Of a stretch of 62,232 bases of DNA, positions 18,794 through 27,718 are shown piece after piece; position 1 is the first letter of the stretch; each line of letters starts with the position of its first letter. The DNA comes from Acidimicrobiia bacterium. GTDB taxonomy: Bacteria > Actinomycetota > Acidimicrobiia > Spongiisociales > UBA11373. The stretch is from the NCBI GenBank assembly GCA_040878325.1, contig JBBDMM010000006.1:254418-316649 (forward strand), written 5' to 3'. The notes under the pieces were generated by a model that did no database searches, was not told where the DNA came from, and saw only the letters and a program-made list of their open reading frames with translations. The position numbers and the translations under genes are program-made.

Positions 18794-19387
18794 ATGTTCG
18801 AAGCTCCGGTTCAGCGGTTGATCGATGAGCTGGCGCGTCTGCCCGGGATCGGGCAGAAATCGGCGCAGCGGCTTGCGTTCCATCTGCTCCACATCGAGGA
18901 GGAGGATGCCCGGCGCCTCGCCGAGTCGATCACGACGATGCGCCAGGAGGTGCGTCTCTGCGCCCGTTGCTTCAACGTCACCGACACCGAGCAGTGCTCG
19001 ATCTGCCGTGATGTGCGCCGGGATCCATCGGCCGTGTGTGTGGTCGAGCGCGCCCAGGACATCGTGGTCATCGAACGAACCCAGGAATTTCGGGGTCGGT
19101 ATCACGTCCTGGGCGGCTCGATCTCGCCGATCGAAGGCATCGGACCCGAGCAACTGCGGATGAGAGAGTTGGTCGCCCGCATCGATGACGAGGGGATCAA
19201 GGAGGTCATCGCCGCCACCAACCCCACCGTCGAGGGCGACACCACCGCCCTGTACCTCGCCCGCCTTCTGAAGCCTCTCGGCGTCAAGGTCACCAGACTT
19301 GCCAGCGGTCTCCCGGTGGGTGGCGACCTCGACTACGCCGACGAGATAACTCTTGGTAGAGCTCTAGCGGGGCGTTTAGAGCTGTAG
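18794..19387 (+). CDS. recR: Recombination mediator RecR
   Basis: [16 protein letters not shown]4 zinc finger, [22 protein letters not shown]. Confidence 0.97.
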   Translation: MFEAPVQRLIDELARLPGIGQKSAQRLAFHLLHIEEEDARRLAESITTMRQEVRLCARCFNVTDTEQCSICRDVRRDPSAVCVVERAQDIVVIERTQEFRGRYHVLGGSISPIEGIGPEQLRMRELVARIDDEGIKEVIAATNPTVEGDTTALYLARLLKPLGVKVTRLASGLPVGGDLDYADEITLGRALAGRLEL

Positions 19388-19424
19388 TCGGCCGACTGCG
19401 CCGGCCTCCCCGCTGCCCGCTACC

Positions 19425-20500
19425 TGTACTCGGCCATCAGGTTGGTGACAGTCTGCTGATGGGTGGGAGTCCTCCGAGGGCGCTGTGACGCCGTTGGTGG
19501 TTGTAGTAGCGGAGCCATGGTTGCAGGGCCTGGGTTCGGTGGTGGTTGTTGGTGAAGATCTGCCGGTAGGCCCATTCGGTTTGCAGGGTGCGGTTGAAGC
19601 GTTCCACCTTGCCGTTTTGCCAGGGGCAGTGGGGCCGGATGGTGAGATGTCGGGCTCCTAGGGCTGCGAGGGCCTGGGCGAAAGAACTGCTCTTGGTGTA
19701 GGGCCAGGCGTTGTCGGTCATTACCGCCTCGATGCGGTCGATGCCCTCACCGGTGAAGAATGCGGCGGCCCGGGTGATGAATCCGGCGCAGGTGTCGGCC
19801 TGTTCGTCATCGAGGATCTCGGAGTAGGCGAGCCGGCTGTGGTCATCGACCGCCGAGTGCACGTAGTCGTAGCCGATACGGGCCCGCCGCTCGGCCCCGG
19901 TTCGGCTTCCCAGCCGCCCTCGGGCCAACCAGCCGCCTCCCTCGGGGATACGGCCCAGTTTCTTGACATCGACGTGCACCAGCTCCCCCGGCCGGTCCCG
20001 CTCATAACGCACCGCAGTCGCCTTCGAGGCCCGGATCCGTTCCCCGGTCAAAGGGTCACACTCCGCCAGCCGGGGCAGCCGGTGCCGCATCAAGATCCGG
20101 CTCACCGTCCGCGCCGGGATCCCCAACTCGGCGCCCAGCCAGTCCGCACCACGCCGATGCTGCACCCGGGCGGCCACCACCACCGCCTCCACTTCAGGAG
20201 CCGTCCGAGCCGGCATCCGACGCGGACGCGACGAACGATCCCACAACCCTTCCCGACCCTCGGCAGCAAACCGCGCCACCCACCGGTGAGCACACTGACG
20301 CGACACCCCCATCGCCGCAGCGACATGCGCCACCGGCATCCCCTGCCCCACCCGGTCGACCAACAAACAACGGCCCTGAAACGTCAAGCGAGCATTACGG
20401 TGACCCATGAAGACCTCCGGTGGGTTGAAGACAGACATCTCCACTCCACTCGGAGGTCTTCACTCATGTCAAAGTGTCACCAACGTCCTGGCCGAGTACA
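19425..20500 (-). mobile_element. Complete IS481-family insertion sequence, 1076 bp
   Basis: TGT...ACA ends; 26-bp terminal inverted repeats TGTACTCGGCCA-N4-GTTGGTGACA (23/26 match); 6-bp target duplication GCTACC at 19419-19424 and 20501-20506. Confidence 0.95.
19437..20408 (-). CDS. IS481-family transposase
   Basis: HRNARLT, PGELVHVDVKKLGRIP, DDHSRLAY, TDNA, NGKVERFNRTL. Confidence 0.95.
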   Translation of the reverse strand: MGHRNARLTFQGRCLLVDRVGQGMPVAHVAAAMGVSRQCAHRWVARFAAEGREGLWDRSSRPRRMPARTAPEVEAVVVAARVQHRRGADWLGAELGIPARTVSRILMRHRLPRLAECDPLTGERIRASKATAVRYERDRPGELVHVDVKKLGRIPEGGGWLARGRLGSRTGAERRARIGYDYVHSAVDDHSRLAYSEILDDEQADTCAGFITRAAAFFTGEGIDRIEAVMTDNAWPYTKSSSFAQALAALGARHLTIRPHCPWQNGKVERFNRTLQTEWAYRQIFTNNHHRTQALQPWLRYYNHQRRHSALGGLPPISRLSPT

Positions 20501-20580
20501 GCTACCCGCTGCCCGCTACCCGCAAAATCCACGGTCCGGGAATCGCCAATCGCCAATCGCAGGCCGAGCGAAGCGGGGCC
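20501..20580. repeat. Heptamer arrays CCCGCTR and CCAATCG plus the 25-bp GAGCGAAGCG motif
   Basis: GCTACCCGCTGCCCGCTACCCGCAAA...AATCGCCAATCGCCAATCGCAGGCCGAGCGAAGCGGGGCC. Confidence 0.8.
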
Positions 20581-21569
20581 TACGCCTCGTAGGCCCCCGT
20601 CATCTTCCCGAGGCGGTCGAAGCGGTGTTGGGCGCGGATGAAGCGGACGGTGCCGGTGCGTGACCGCATAACGACGGTGTGGGTCTCGGCGCCGTCGGGG
20701 ACGAAGCGCACTCCGTCGAGCAACTCGCCGGTGGTGACGCCGGTGGCGGCAAAGAACACGTTGTCGGAGGAGACCAGGTCGCGGGTGCCGATGATCTGGT
20801 CGAGGTCCAGGCCGGCCTCGGCCGCATAGGCACGCTCGGAGTCATCCCGCGGCCACAGCCGGCACTGGATCTCACCACCGAGGCACAGCATGGCGCAGGC
20901 CGCCGTCACCGCCTCGGGCGACCCACCGATCCCCAGGAGCACGTCGATGGCGCTTTCGGGAACCGCGGTTGCGATCGCTCCCGAGATGTCGCCGTCGTGG
21001 ATGAGGTGGATGCGGGCACCGGCCTTGCGTACCGCGTCGACATGAGGCTGGTTGCGGGGGCGGTCGAGGATGATCGCGGTCAGGTCGTCGACGTCCTTGC
21101 CGAGCGCCTGGGCGATTCGTTTGAGGTTGTGTTCGACAGGAGCATCGAGATCGATGACCCCGGCTGCCTGTTCGCCCACCGCGATCTTGTCCATGTAGAC
21201 GAGTCTCCCGGGGGCATACATGCTCCCTTGGTCGGCCAGGGCGAGCACGGCGAGCGCTCCCGGACGTCCCTCGGCGGTGAGTCGGGTGCCATCGACCGGG
21301 TCGACGGCGACGTCGACGCGGGGTGGCCGCCCGTTGCCGACCCGCTCGCCGTTGGCGAGCATCGGTGCCGAATCCTTCTCGCCCTCACCGATGACGACCA
21401 CGCCATCCATGTCGATGGTGTCGAGCACCGCTCGCATGGCGTCGACGGCGGCCTGATCCACCGAGTTCTTCTCGCCCCGACCCTGTAGCCGGGCGGCCGC
21501 CATCGCGGCCGCCTCGGTCACCCGCGCCAGATCGAGGGCAAGGTTGTGATCGACTGGCTTGTCGCTCAT
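20580..21569 (-). CDS. glpX: Class II fructose-1,6-bisphosphatase
   Basis: RVTEAAA, VIGEGEKD, DPVDGT, LDRPR, ATGVT. Confidence 0.95.
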   Translation of the reverse strand: MSDKPVDHNLALDLARVTEAAAMAAARLQGRGEKNSVDQAAVDAMRAVLDTIDMDGVVVIGEGEKDSAPMLANGERVGNGRPPRVDVAVDPVDGTRLTAEGRPGALAVLALADQGSMYAPGRLVYMDKIAVGEQAAGVIDLDAPVEHNLKRIAQALGKDVDDLTAIILDRPRNQPHVDAVRKAGARIHLIHDGDISGAIATAVPESAIDVLLGIGGSPEAVTAACAMLCLGGEIQCRLWPRDDSERAYAAEAGLDLDQIIGTRDLVSSDNVFFAATGVTTGELLDGVRFVPDGAETHTVVMRSRTGTVRFIRAQHRFDRLGKMTGAYEA

Positions 21570-22750
21570 CCGGGCACCCGCACCACGATTGCGTCGCCCT
21601 GGCCGCCGCCCCCACACAGGGCGGCGGCGCCGACGCCCCCACCGCGGTGGCGAAGTGCGTTCACCAGGGTCACAACGATGCGCGCCCCGGTTGCCCCGAG
21701 CGGATGGCCGAGAGCGATCGCTCCGCCGTTCACGTTGACGCGGTCATGGGGGATGTCGAGCATTCGCGCCGACCACAGGGCCACCGCGGCGAATGCCTCA
21801 TTGATCTCCACCAGGTCGAGGTCGGACGGCGACAGCCGGGTGCGTTTGAGGGCGATCCTGATGGCTTCGGCGGGCCGTTCATGAAGCGTGGCATCGGGAC
21901 CGCCCACCTGGCCGTACCCAAGGATCTCGGCGACAATCGGCAAGCCGGCGGCATCGGCGGCGGCTGAGTCGGCCAGCACCACCGCGGCTGCCCCGTCGGA
22001 GATCTGGGAGGCGTTGCCTGCGGTGATGGTCCCGTCCGGTGCGAAGGCGGGTCGCAGCGCGGCGAGTGAGGACTCGGTGGCGTCCGCCCGGACCCCCTCA
22101 TCCAGGGTCACTTCGAGCGGGCCGCCCTTCCGCTGGGGCACCGACACCCGGATGTTCTCGTCCTCGAAGGGCCCGCCGGATGCCGCTGCAGCCGCAGCGC
22201 GTCGGTGGCTTTCCGCTGCCCATTCGTCCTGTTCTGCCCGTCCGATTCCGAGCACCGAGTTCTTGGCATCCGACGACTCGCCCATCGTGCACTTGTCGAA
22301 GGCGCACCACAGGCCGTCGTGGGTCAAGGAGTCGACGATTGCGGCGTCGCCCATCCGCGCTCCCCAGCGCCCGGTCGGGAGCAGGTACGGGGCGTTGGTC
22401 ATCGACTCCATGCCCCCCGCCAACACGAACGTCGCTTCGCCGAGGCGAATGTCCCTGTCGCCCATCGCGATCGCCGCCATGCCCGAGAGGCATACCTTGT
22501 TGATGGTCGTGGAGGGCACCGTCATGGGTACCCCGCCCAGGACGGCGGCCTGACGCGAGGTGATCTGCCCGGCGCCCGCCTGGAGCACATGCCCGAACAG
22601 GACCTCGTCGATGCGGGCAGCCTCGAGACCCGACCGCTCCAACGCCCCCTTCATCGCCGCGGCGCCGAGGTCGACTGCTCGCAGCGGTTGGAACACGCCG
22701 CCAAATCGTCCGATCGGCGTTCGAGCGAGGCCAACGATGACGGTGGGCAT
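21566..22750 (-). CDS. Acetyl-CoA C-acyltransferase (thiolase)
   Basis: NKVCLSG, GGMESM, NEAF, GHPLGATG, CGGGGQG. Confidence 0.95.
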   Translation of the reverse strand: MPTVIVGLARTPIGRFGGVFQPLRAVDLGAAAMKGALERSGLEAARIDEVLFGHVLQAGAGQITSRQAAVLGGVPMTVPSTTINKVCLSGMAAIAMGDRDIRLGEATFVLAGGMESMTNAPYLLPTGRWGARMGDAAIVDSLTHDGLWCAFDKCTMGESSDAKNSVLGIGRAEQDEWAAESHRRAAAAAASGGPFEDENIRVSVPQRKGGPLEVTLDEGVRADATESSLAALRPAFAPDGTITAGNASQISDGAAAVVLADSAAADAAGLPIVAEILGYGQVGGPDATLHERPAEAIRIALKRTRLSPSDLDLVEINEAFAAVALWSARMLDIPHDRVNVNGGAIALGHPLGATGARIVVTLVNALRHRGGGVGAAALCGGGGQGDAIVVRVPG

Positions 22751-22935
22751 GCCCTGAGTGTACGGAATCACCGAGCCCCCAATGGATCGGTGATCGTTGC
22801 CTTTCACCGGCTCCGCGGTGTTGTGGGGGTGCCGCGGAGAATCGGGTGCTTTGCTGCTCGCAACCATCGGCCGGTGGGCCTAAGATGCTGGCAGTTTCAG
22901 ACACCGGGCCCCCACGCACCATGAGGAAACCAGAT

Positions 22936-23835
22936 ATGGCATCAAATCGTCGACAGAGGTTCCGCTCAAAAGTTGTGGTGATGATCGCGGTGCCCCTTGT
23001 CTTTGGGGCGTTGGCAGCATTTGCTGCCGTGGCCCCCGGCTTGGGTACGGCAGGCGACTTCGCGGTCCTCGCCGGGTCTGCCATCTCCAACACCGGGCCT
23101 ACAACCATCACCGGAGACGTGGGCATCCACCCTGGGGACGCGAGTTCGGTGACGGGCTTCGGTTCTGTGACACTGAACGGCGATCTTCACACGGCCGACG
23201 GTGTGGCCCTGAGCGCAAAGAACGACCTGGTGACCGCCTACAACACCGCTGCGGGAAGCGGGCCAGTGTCGACCATTGGCACCGAGCTGGGTGGTGCAAC
23301 GCTCCTCCCCGGCGTGTACGACTCTGCCGACGGCACCTTTGAAATCACCGGGACGCTGATCCTCAATGCCGAAGGTGACCCCGATGCCGTCTTCGTGTTC
23401 CTGACCGAATCCACGTTGAAGTCGGCGACGGGCGCGGTGGTGAGCATCATCAACTCCGGCCAGGCGTGCAACGTCTTCTGGCAGGTCGGAAGCTCGGCGA
23501 CGATCGAGGCCGGTACGACTTTCCGCGGAAACATCCTGGCGTTGGAGTCCATCACCCTCGTCACGGGTGCGAGCGTCGAGGGCCGCGTTCTGGCCCGAAA
23601 CGGCGCCGTCACGATGGACACCAATACCATCACCCGAGCGGTGTGCCAGTCCGACGACGGGTCCGGCACCACGACCACGACCTCTTTGCCCGACGGGCCG
23701 ATCGACACCGGTGGCGGCTCGACTTCGGGTATCGAGAATGGCCCGCTGTTGATCCTCGGCGCGGCGCTTCTCGCAGGCGGGGTCGCGGCGTTCGCGCTTG
23801 GTCGGCGACTTTCGCGCCGCGGCGCAGCGAGCTGA
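22936..23835 (+). CDS. DUF3494 ice-binding family protein with signal peptide and C-terminal sorting signal
   Basis: FAVLAGSAISNTGPTTITGD, LLPGVY, NVFWQVGSSAT, GRVLARNGAVTMDTN; PDGPIDTGGG, TM helix, RRLSRR tail. Confidence 0.85.
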   Translation: MASNRRQRFRSKVVVMIAVPLVFGALAAFAAVAPGLGTAGDFAVLAGSAISNTGPTTITGDVGIHPGDASSVTGFGSVTLNGDLHTADGVALSAKNDLVTAYNTAAGSGPVSTIGTELGGATLLPGVYDSADGTFEITGTLILNAEGDPDAVFVFLTESTLKSATGAVVSIINSGQACNVFWQVGSSATIEAGTTFRGNILALESITLVTGASVEGRVLARNGAVTMDTNTITRAVCQSDDGSGTTTTTSLPDGPIDTGGGSTSGIENGPLLILGAALLAGGVAAFALGRRLSRRGAAS

Positions 23836-23847
23836 CCCGGGGGGTTC

Positions 23848-24486
23848 ATGGCCTCGCGCCCGACTCGCGTCGTCACGGCGATCTCAGTGGCACTGATTGT
23901 CGGCGGGGTAGCAGCGATCGCGCTGGCGCTTTCGGCACAGCTCAGTCCTCCGCAGCCGCCCCTGGCGGCGGTCGACTCATCCGAGCCCTCGGTGACGGGA
24001 GCCGGTGCGGCCCTTGCCCTTCCTCCTTCGCCACCGCTCACGATCGACATACCCGCGATCGGGGTGCATTCCACCCTGCAGTACCTTGGCCTCACCCCCG
24101 ACAATCGGCTGGAAGTCCCCGCGCCAGGACCTCGGTTCGACGAGGCCGCGTGGTACAAGTACTCCGCCACGCCGGGGTCGATCGGTCCCGCCGTGATTCT
24201 CGGGCACGTCGACTCCGGGGGTTATGGGCCGTCGGTGTTCTTCGATCTCGGGAAGCTGCAACCGGGGGACGAGGTCCGGATCACCCGCGGCGACGGCATT
24301 GTTGCAATATTCCGGGTGGACGAGGTGCGCCGCTACCGAAAGGTGGAGTTTCCGACGCTGCTCGTCTACGGCCAGACTCCTAACGCCACCTTGCGGCTGG
24401 TGACCTGTGGTGGTGAGTTCGATCGCGACACCGGGCACTACCTCGACAACGTCATCGTGTTTGCGTCGCTTACCGGCCAGGCCTAG
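23848..24486 (+). CDS. Class F sortase
   Basis: IPAIGV, PGSIGPAVILGHVD, LRLVTCGGEFD. Confidence 0.9.
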   Translation: MASRPTRVVTAISVALIVGGVAAIALALSAQLSPPQPPLAAVDSSEPSVTGAGAALALPPSPPLTIDIPAIGVHSTLQYLGLTPDNRLEVPAPGPRFDEAAWYKYSATPGSIGPAVILGHVDSGGYGPSVFFDLGKLQPGDEVRITRGDGIVAIFRVDEVRRYRKVEFPTLLVYGQTPNATLRLVTCGGEFDRDTGHYLDNVIVFASLTGQA

Positions 24487-24578
24487 ATCTGTGACGCGTT
24501 GCCGAATCCTCGGGCCGGGAAACGGGAATCGATTCACCGAGCGAACACGGCCAGGTCGCGCCCGTTAGCCTCAAACGA

Positions 24579-24983
24579 GTGCTTCCCCTCAACATCCACC
24601 ACACCGCCGTCGCAGTACGCGACCTCGATGCCGCACTTGCCGACCTTGCTGTGCAGTACGGGGTGACTCCGTCCCACCGCGAGGTGATCGATGAGCAGGG
24701 CGTCGAGGAGGCGATGGTTCCCCTCGGGGGCTCTCACCTGCAGCTACTGATGCCGCTGGGGGATGACACTCCGGTGGGCCGCTTTCTCGCCTCCCGCGGC
24801 GAAGGACTGCATCATGTCGCTTTTCAGGTGGCCGACATCGAGGCGGCCCTGGCCCATCTCGAAGCGTCCGGGGCCCAACTGGTGGACCGAGTACCGCGGC
24901 GCGGCGGGGGAGGGCATCGGATTGCGTTCGTGCACCCGAAGGCTTTCGGGAGCACCCTGATCGAACTTGTGGAGGTGTCGTGA
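24579..24983 (+). CDS. mce: Methylmalonyl-CoA epimerase
   Basis: HHTAVAVRDL, QGVEEA, GEGLHHVAF, FVHPK, LIELVE. Confidence 0.9.
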   Translation: MLPLNIHHTAVAVRDLDAALADLAVQYGVTPSHREVIDEQGVEEAMVPLGGSHLQLLMPLGDDTPVGRFLASRGEGLHHVAFQVADIEAALAHLEASGAQLVDRVPRRGGGGHRIAFVHPKAFGSTLIELVEVS

Positions 24984-25249
24984 TCGTCGATGAAGGCGGG
25001 CCGATCGGGCCGCTCGAGACGGCAGCAGTCCTTGCGGTACTGGCGCGGTTCGAGGAGGAGCAAGAGGTACTCAGATCGATCGCCCCCGAGCCGCTGCGGC
25101 AGAGTCGATGGGTGATGGCGGGCAGGCCGCGTCCTGTTGCGACGCCGTCGGTTGCCCGACAGTCTCCGCGGGAGCGGAGTTGGGGGCCGGCCGGCGCAGA
25201 CCAAGATGACACGGTCCCCCCGGGCGCGACGCCGTCAGGCGACGGCTGA
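24980..25249 (+). CDS. Small protein, possibly acyl-CoA carboxylase epsilon-subunit-like
   Basis: GTGA overlap with mce; ETAAVLAVL...SRWVMAGR pattern. Confidence 0.45.
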   Translation: MIVDEGGPIGPLETAAVLAVLARFEEEQEVLRSIAPEPLRQSRWVMAGRPRPVATPSVARQSPRERSWGPAGADQDDTVPPGATPSGDG

Positions 25250-26512
25250 CACTTCCCGCTCGCCACCGACCGCGGCCGGCAGCGTGAAGCAGAAACGAGC
25301 ACCGACTGGGAATCCGCTCTCGTACCAGAGCCGTCCGCCCATCGCTTCGACCAGGTTGTGGGACACCGCGAGACCGAGGCCGAACCCGTTCTCCGTCCGG
25401 GTGTTGCCGGTGCTCACCTGCTCGAACGGAGAGAAGATCCGCTCGCGGTCCTCGAGGGGGACGCCAGGACCGTTATCGGCGATGACGATCAGGTAGTCGC
25501 GGTCACGTCGTGTTGCCTCGACCGTGACTTGGTCGCCACCGTACTTGCGGGCGTTCTCGAGGAGGTTCCGCAGCACTTGCTCGACCCGGTTGGGGTCGGC
25601 GAGAAGTTGCACGTTGCCTCCGATCGACACCGAAGCCGACTTCTCCCCGCCGGCGGGGAAGAGCAGGTTGGCGATCTTGTAGGCCGCAGGCCGTAGAGGG
25701 AACTCGGTGACATCCAGGAGCAGACGCCCGGCCTCGAGGCGGGGGATTGCCAGTACGTCGTCGACAAGGTTGGCGAGGTGCTCAGACTCCTCGACGATGA
25801 TCTTCAGAAACTCGTCGACTTCCTCTTCGCCCAGATCGCGCCACGACTCGCGCATCGTGAGGGCGAAGCCGGCGATGTTCGTCAGCGGCGTCCGCAGCTC
25901 GTGGGTGACCATCGACACGAACTCGTTCTTCATCTCGGAGGCGCGTCGCTCGGTGGCAAGAGCGGCCTCCTGGCGGCGGCGACTCGCCTGGAGCACCCGG
26001 CCCGCGGCGGTGAGGGTTAGGCCGAGTGCAACCACATAGACGCCGACTTCGAGCCAGTCAAAGAGCACGCCGGCGGCCGGCACCGATCCAGCTTCGGTGA
26101 TGCCTTGCACCGCCGAGCGAGCGACCAGGCCCACTCCGGTCATGCCGGTCACGGCGAGGAGGGTGCGGAGACCGCCAAACGTGAGAGAGGCTGCGAGGGC
26201 GTATGCGCCGAAGGCAACCAGCGGTGCATCGAACATCGCGCCGGCTCCAGCGGCGAATCCGGCGACGACCCCGTCCACGGAGAGGGATCCCAATGGTCGC
26301 CCGGCACGGCGAGACCTGATGAGGGCGTCGGCGACGACGGTCCCGAATGCAACCGCCTTCAGCGCAGAGCCCGGTACTCCGGCGGCGACACCCGCAATTG
26401 CGAGAACCAGAATGGTGCCCGCCAGAAGGGCGCGCACGCGCTGAAACCCGGCCCTGATGGGCCCGTAGTCGACGGGGGCGCCGGGTTTCGAGGAACGGAG
26501 TTCCGTGGTCAC
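25235..26512 (-). CDS. Membrane sensor histidine kinase
   Basis: HELRTPL, NLLENARKY, DNGPG, GFGLGL. Confidence 0.92.
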   Translation of the reverse strand: MTTELRSSKPGAPVDYGPIRAGFQRVRALLAGTILVLAIAGVAAGVPGSALKAVAFGTVVADALIRSRRAGRPLGSLSVDGVVAGFAAGAGAMFDAPLVAFGAYALAASLTFGGLRTLLAVTGMTGVGLVARSAVQGITEAGSVPAAGVLFDWLEVGVYVVALGLTLTAAGRVLQASRRRQEAALATERRASEMKNEFVSMVTHELRTPLTNIAGFALTMRESWRDLGEEEVDEFLKIIVEESEHLANLVDDVLAIPRLEAGRLLLDVTEFPLRPAAYKIANLLFPAGGEKSASVSIGGNVQLLADPNRVEQVLRNLLENARKYGGDQVTVEATRRDRDYLIVIADNGPGVPLEDRERIFSPFEQVSTGNTRTENGFGLGLAVSHNLVEAMGGRLWYESGFPVGARFCFTLPAAVGGEREVSAVA

Positions 26513-26544
26513 CGATTCAGTATCGGCCGCCAGGGACTAGTGCC

Positions 26545-26598
26545 TTAGTAAGTCGCAGGCCGTAAGACGCATTTCGTAAGACCCCCAAGGCGTAAGAA
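26545..26598. repeat. Degenerate CGTAAGA repeats
   Basis: CGTAAGA x3 plus AGTAAGT between the kinase and PHP genes. Confidence 0.5.
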
Positions 26599-26614
26599 AC
26601 GAGGCGCCGGCGGG

Positions 26615-27451
26615 TCAAGGGCGGCGTTCGGCGAGGCGCTCCAGCGATTCGTCGGGGACGCGGAGGTCACCGCGACCGATGCCTACCTCGATCCCGGGCT
26701 TGTAGGCGCCGTGGTAGTCGCTGCCTCCGGTGGGGACCAGTCCCAGGTCGTCGGCCCACGCCGCCAGGCGGGTGCGGAGATCGGGCTCGTACTCCACGTA
26801 GTGGCACTCGATGCCGTCGACGCCGAGAGCGGCGACCCCTTCGAACAGTTCCCGGTATCCGTCCACAGACTCGGCGACGGTGTGGGGGTGGGCCACCGAG
26901 GTGACGCCTCCCGAGGCTCGGGCGAGACCGACGGCATCACTGGCGAGGAGGCGCTTTCGCTGCCGATAGACCACCCCACCGGAGCCGAGGTATTGCTCGA
27001 ACGCCTCGGCGTTCGTCGCGGTCACCCCGCGGCGGCAAAGGACTGCGGCGATGTGAGGTCGACCCACTACACCGTGCCCCGCTTCCTCGAGCACCTCCTC
27101 CACAGTGATTTCGATACCGAGAGCCTGTAGCGCTTCGATCATCTCGACGTTGCGGGTCCAGCGGCTGTCGCGGATCCCCGCCAAGGCGTCCTGCAACGGG
27201 CCGGAGTCGTCCTCGACCCAGTAGACCAGGAGGTGCATCGCCCGCCCGTTCCAGTCCACCGACAGCTCGACCCCGGGAATGAAGCTGATGCGGCCCGCGG
27301 CGGCTCCCGCCGCCTCGATCAACCCCTCGAACCCGTCGTGGTCGGTGAGCGCAACCGCGCTGAGCCCCGCCACCACCGCCCGCTCGACGATGTCCGAGGG
27401 CGAAACGGTCCCATCCGAATAGGTGGAATGCGTGTGGAGGTCAATGGGCAT
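26615..27451 (-). CDS. PHP-domain phosphoesterase (TrpH/YciV-like)
   Basis: DLHTHSTYSDG, ALTDHD, GRPH, AHP, GGSDYHG. Confidence 0.92.
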   Translation of the reverse strand: MPIDLHTHSTYSDGTVSPSDIVERAVVAGLSAVALTDHDGFEGLIEAAGAAAGRISFIPGVELSVDWNGRAMHLLVYWVEDDSGPLQDALAGIRDSRWTRNVEMIEALQALGIEITVEEVLEEAGHGVVGRPHIAAVLCRRGVTATNAEAFEQYLGSGGVVYRQRKRLLASDAVGLARASGGVTSVAHPHTVAESVDGYRELFEGVAALGVDGIECHYVEYEPDLRTRLAAWADDLGLVPTGGSDYHGAYKPGIEVGIGRGDLRVPDESLERLAERRP

Positions 27452-27497
27452 CGGGGGAGTATGGGCTTCCGGTGTGAGCGGGGCGCAATCGCGTTCC

Positions 27498-27703
27498 GCC
27501 TCCAGCCATCCGCCTTCCGCCTTCCGCAGGAGGGGGACCAGGCTCCTAGGACGCGCTTGGTCTGAGCGCCCCCTCCCTCCTTCGGGGTACTCCCCCCTCC
27601 GGGGCGAGAAACAGAAGCCTTCCGCCTTCCGCAAGAGAAGGCCCTGATCTGTGCGCCCGCGAGGTCGCGGTATCGCCGATCGCAGGCCGAGCGAAGCGAG
27701 GCC
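27498..27703. repeat. Composite intergenic repeat: GCCTTCC heptamers, REP family B copy (27568-27609), 25-bp motif (27679-27703)
   Basis: The family B copy is an imperfect reverse complement of 33380-33425; the 25-mer is identical to 18755-18779. Confidence 0.8.
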
Positions 27704-27718
27704 TCCTACCATTCCCCC

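Noticed and set aside
22780..22935. Riboswitch upstream of the ice-binding protein gene (also considered for the phnD leader, 15514-15630)
   Set aside because: Hairpins are present but I cannot match the conserved core of any known riboswitch; an Rfam/Infernal scan is needed.
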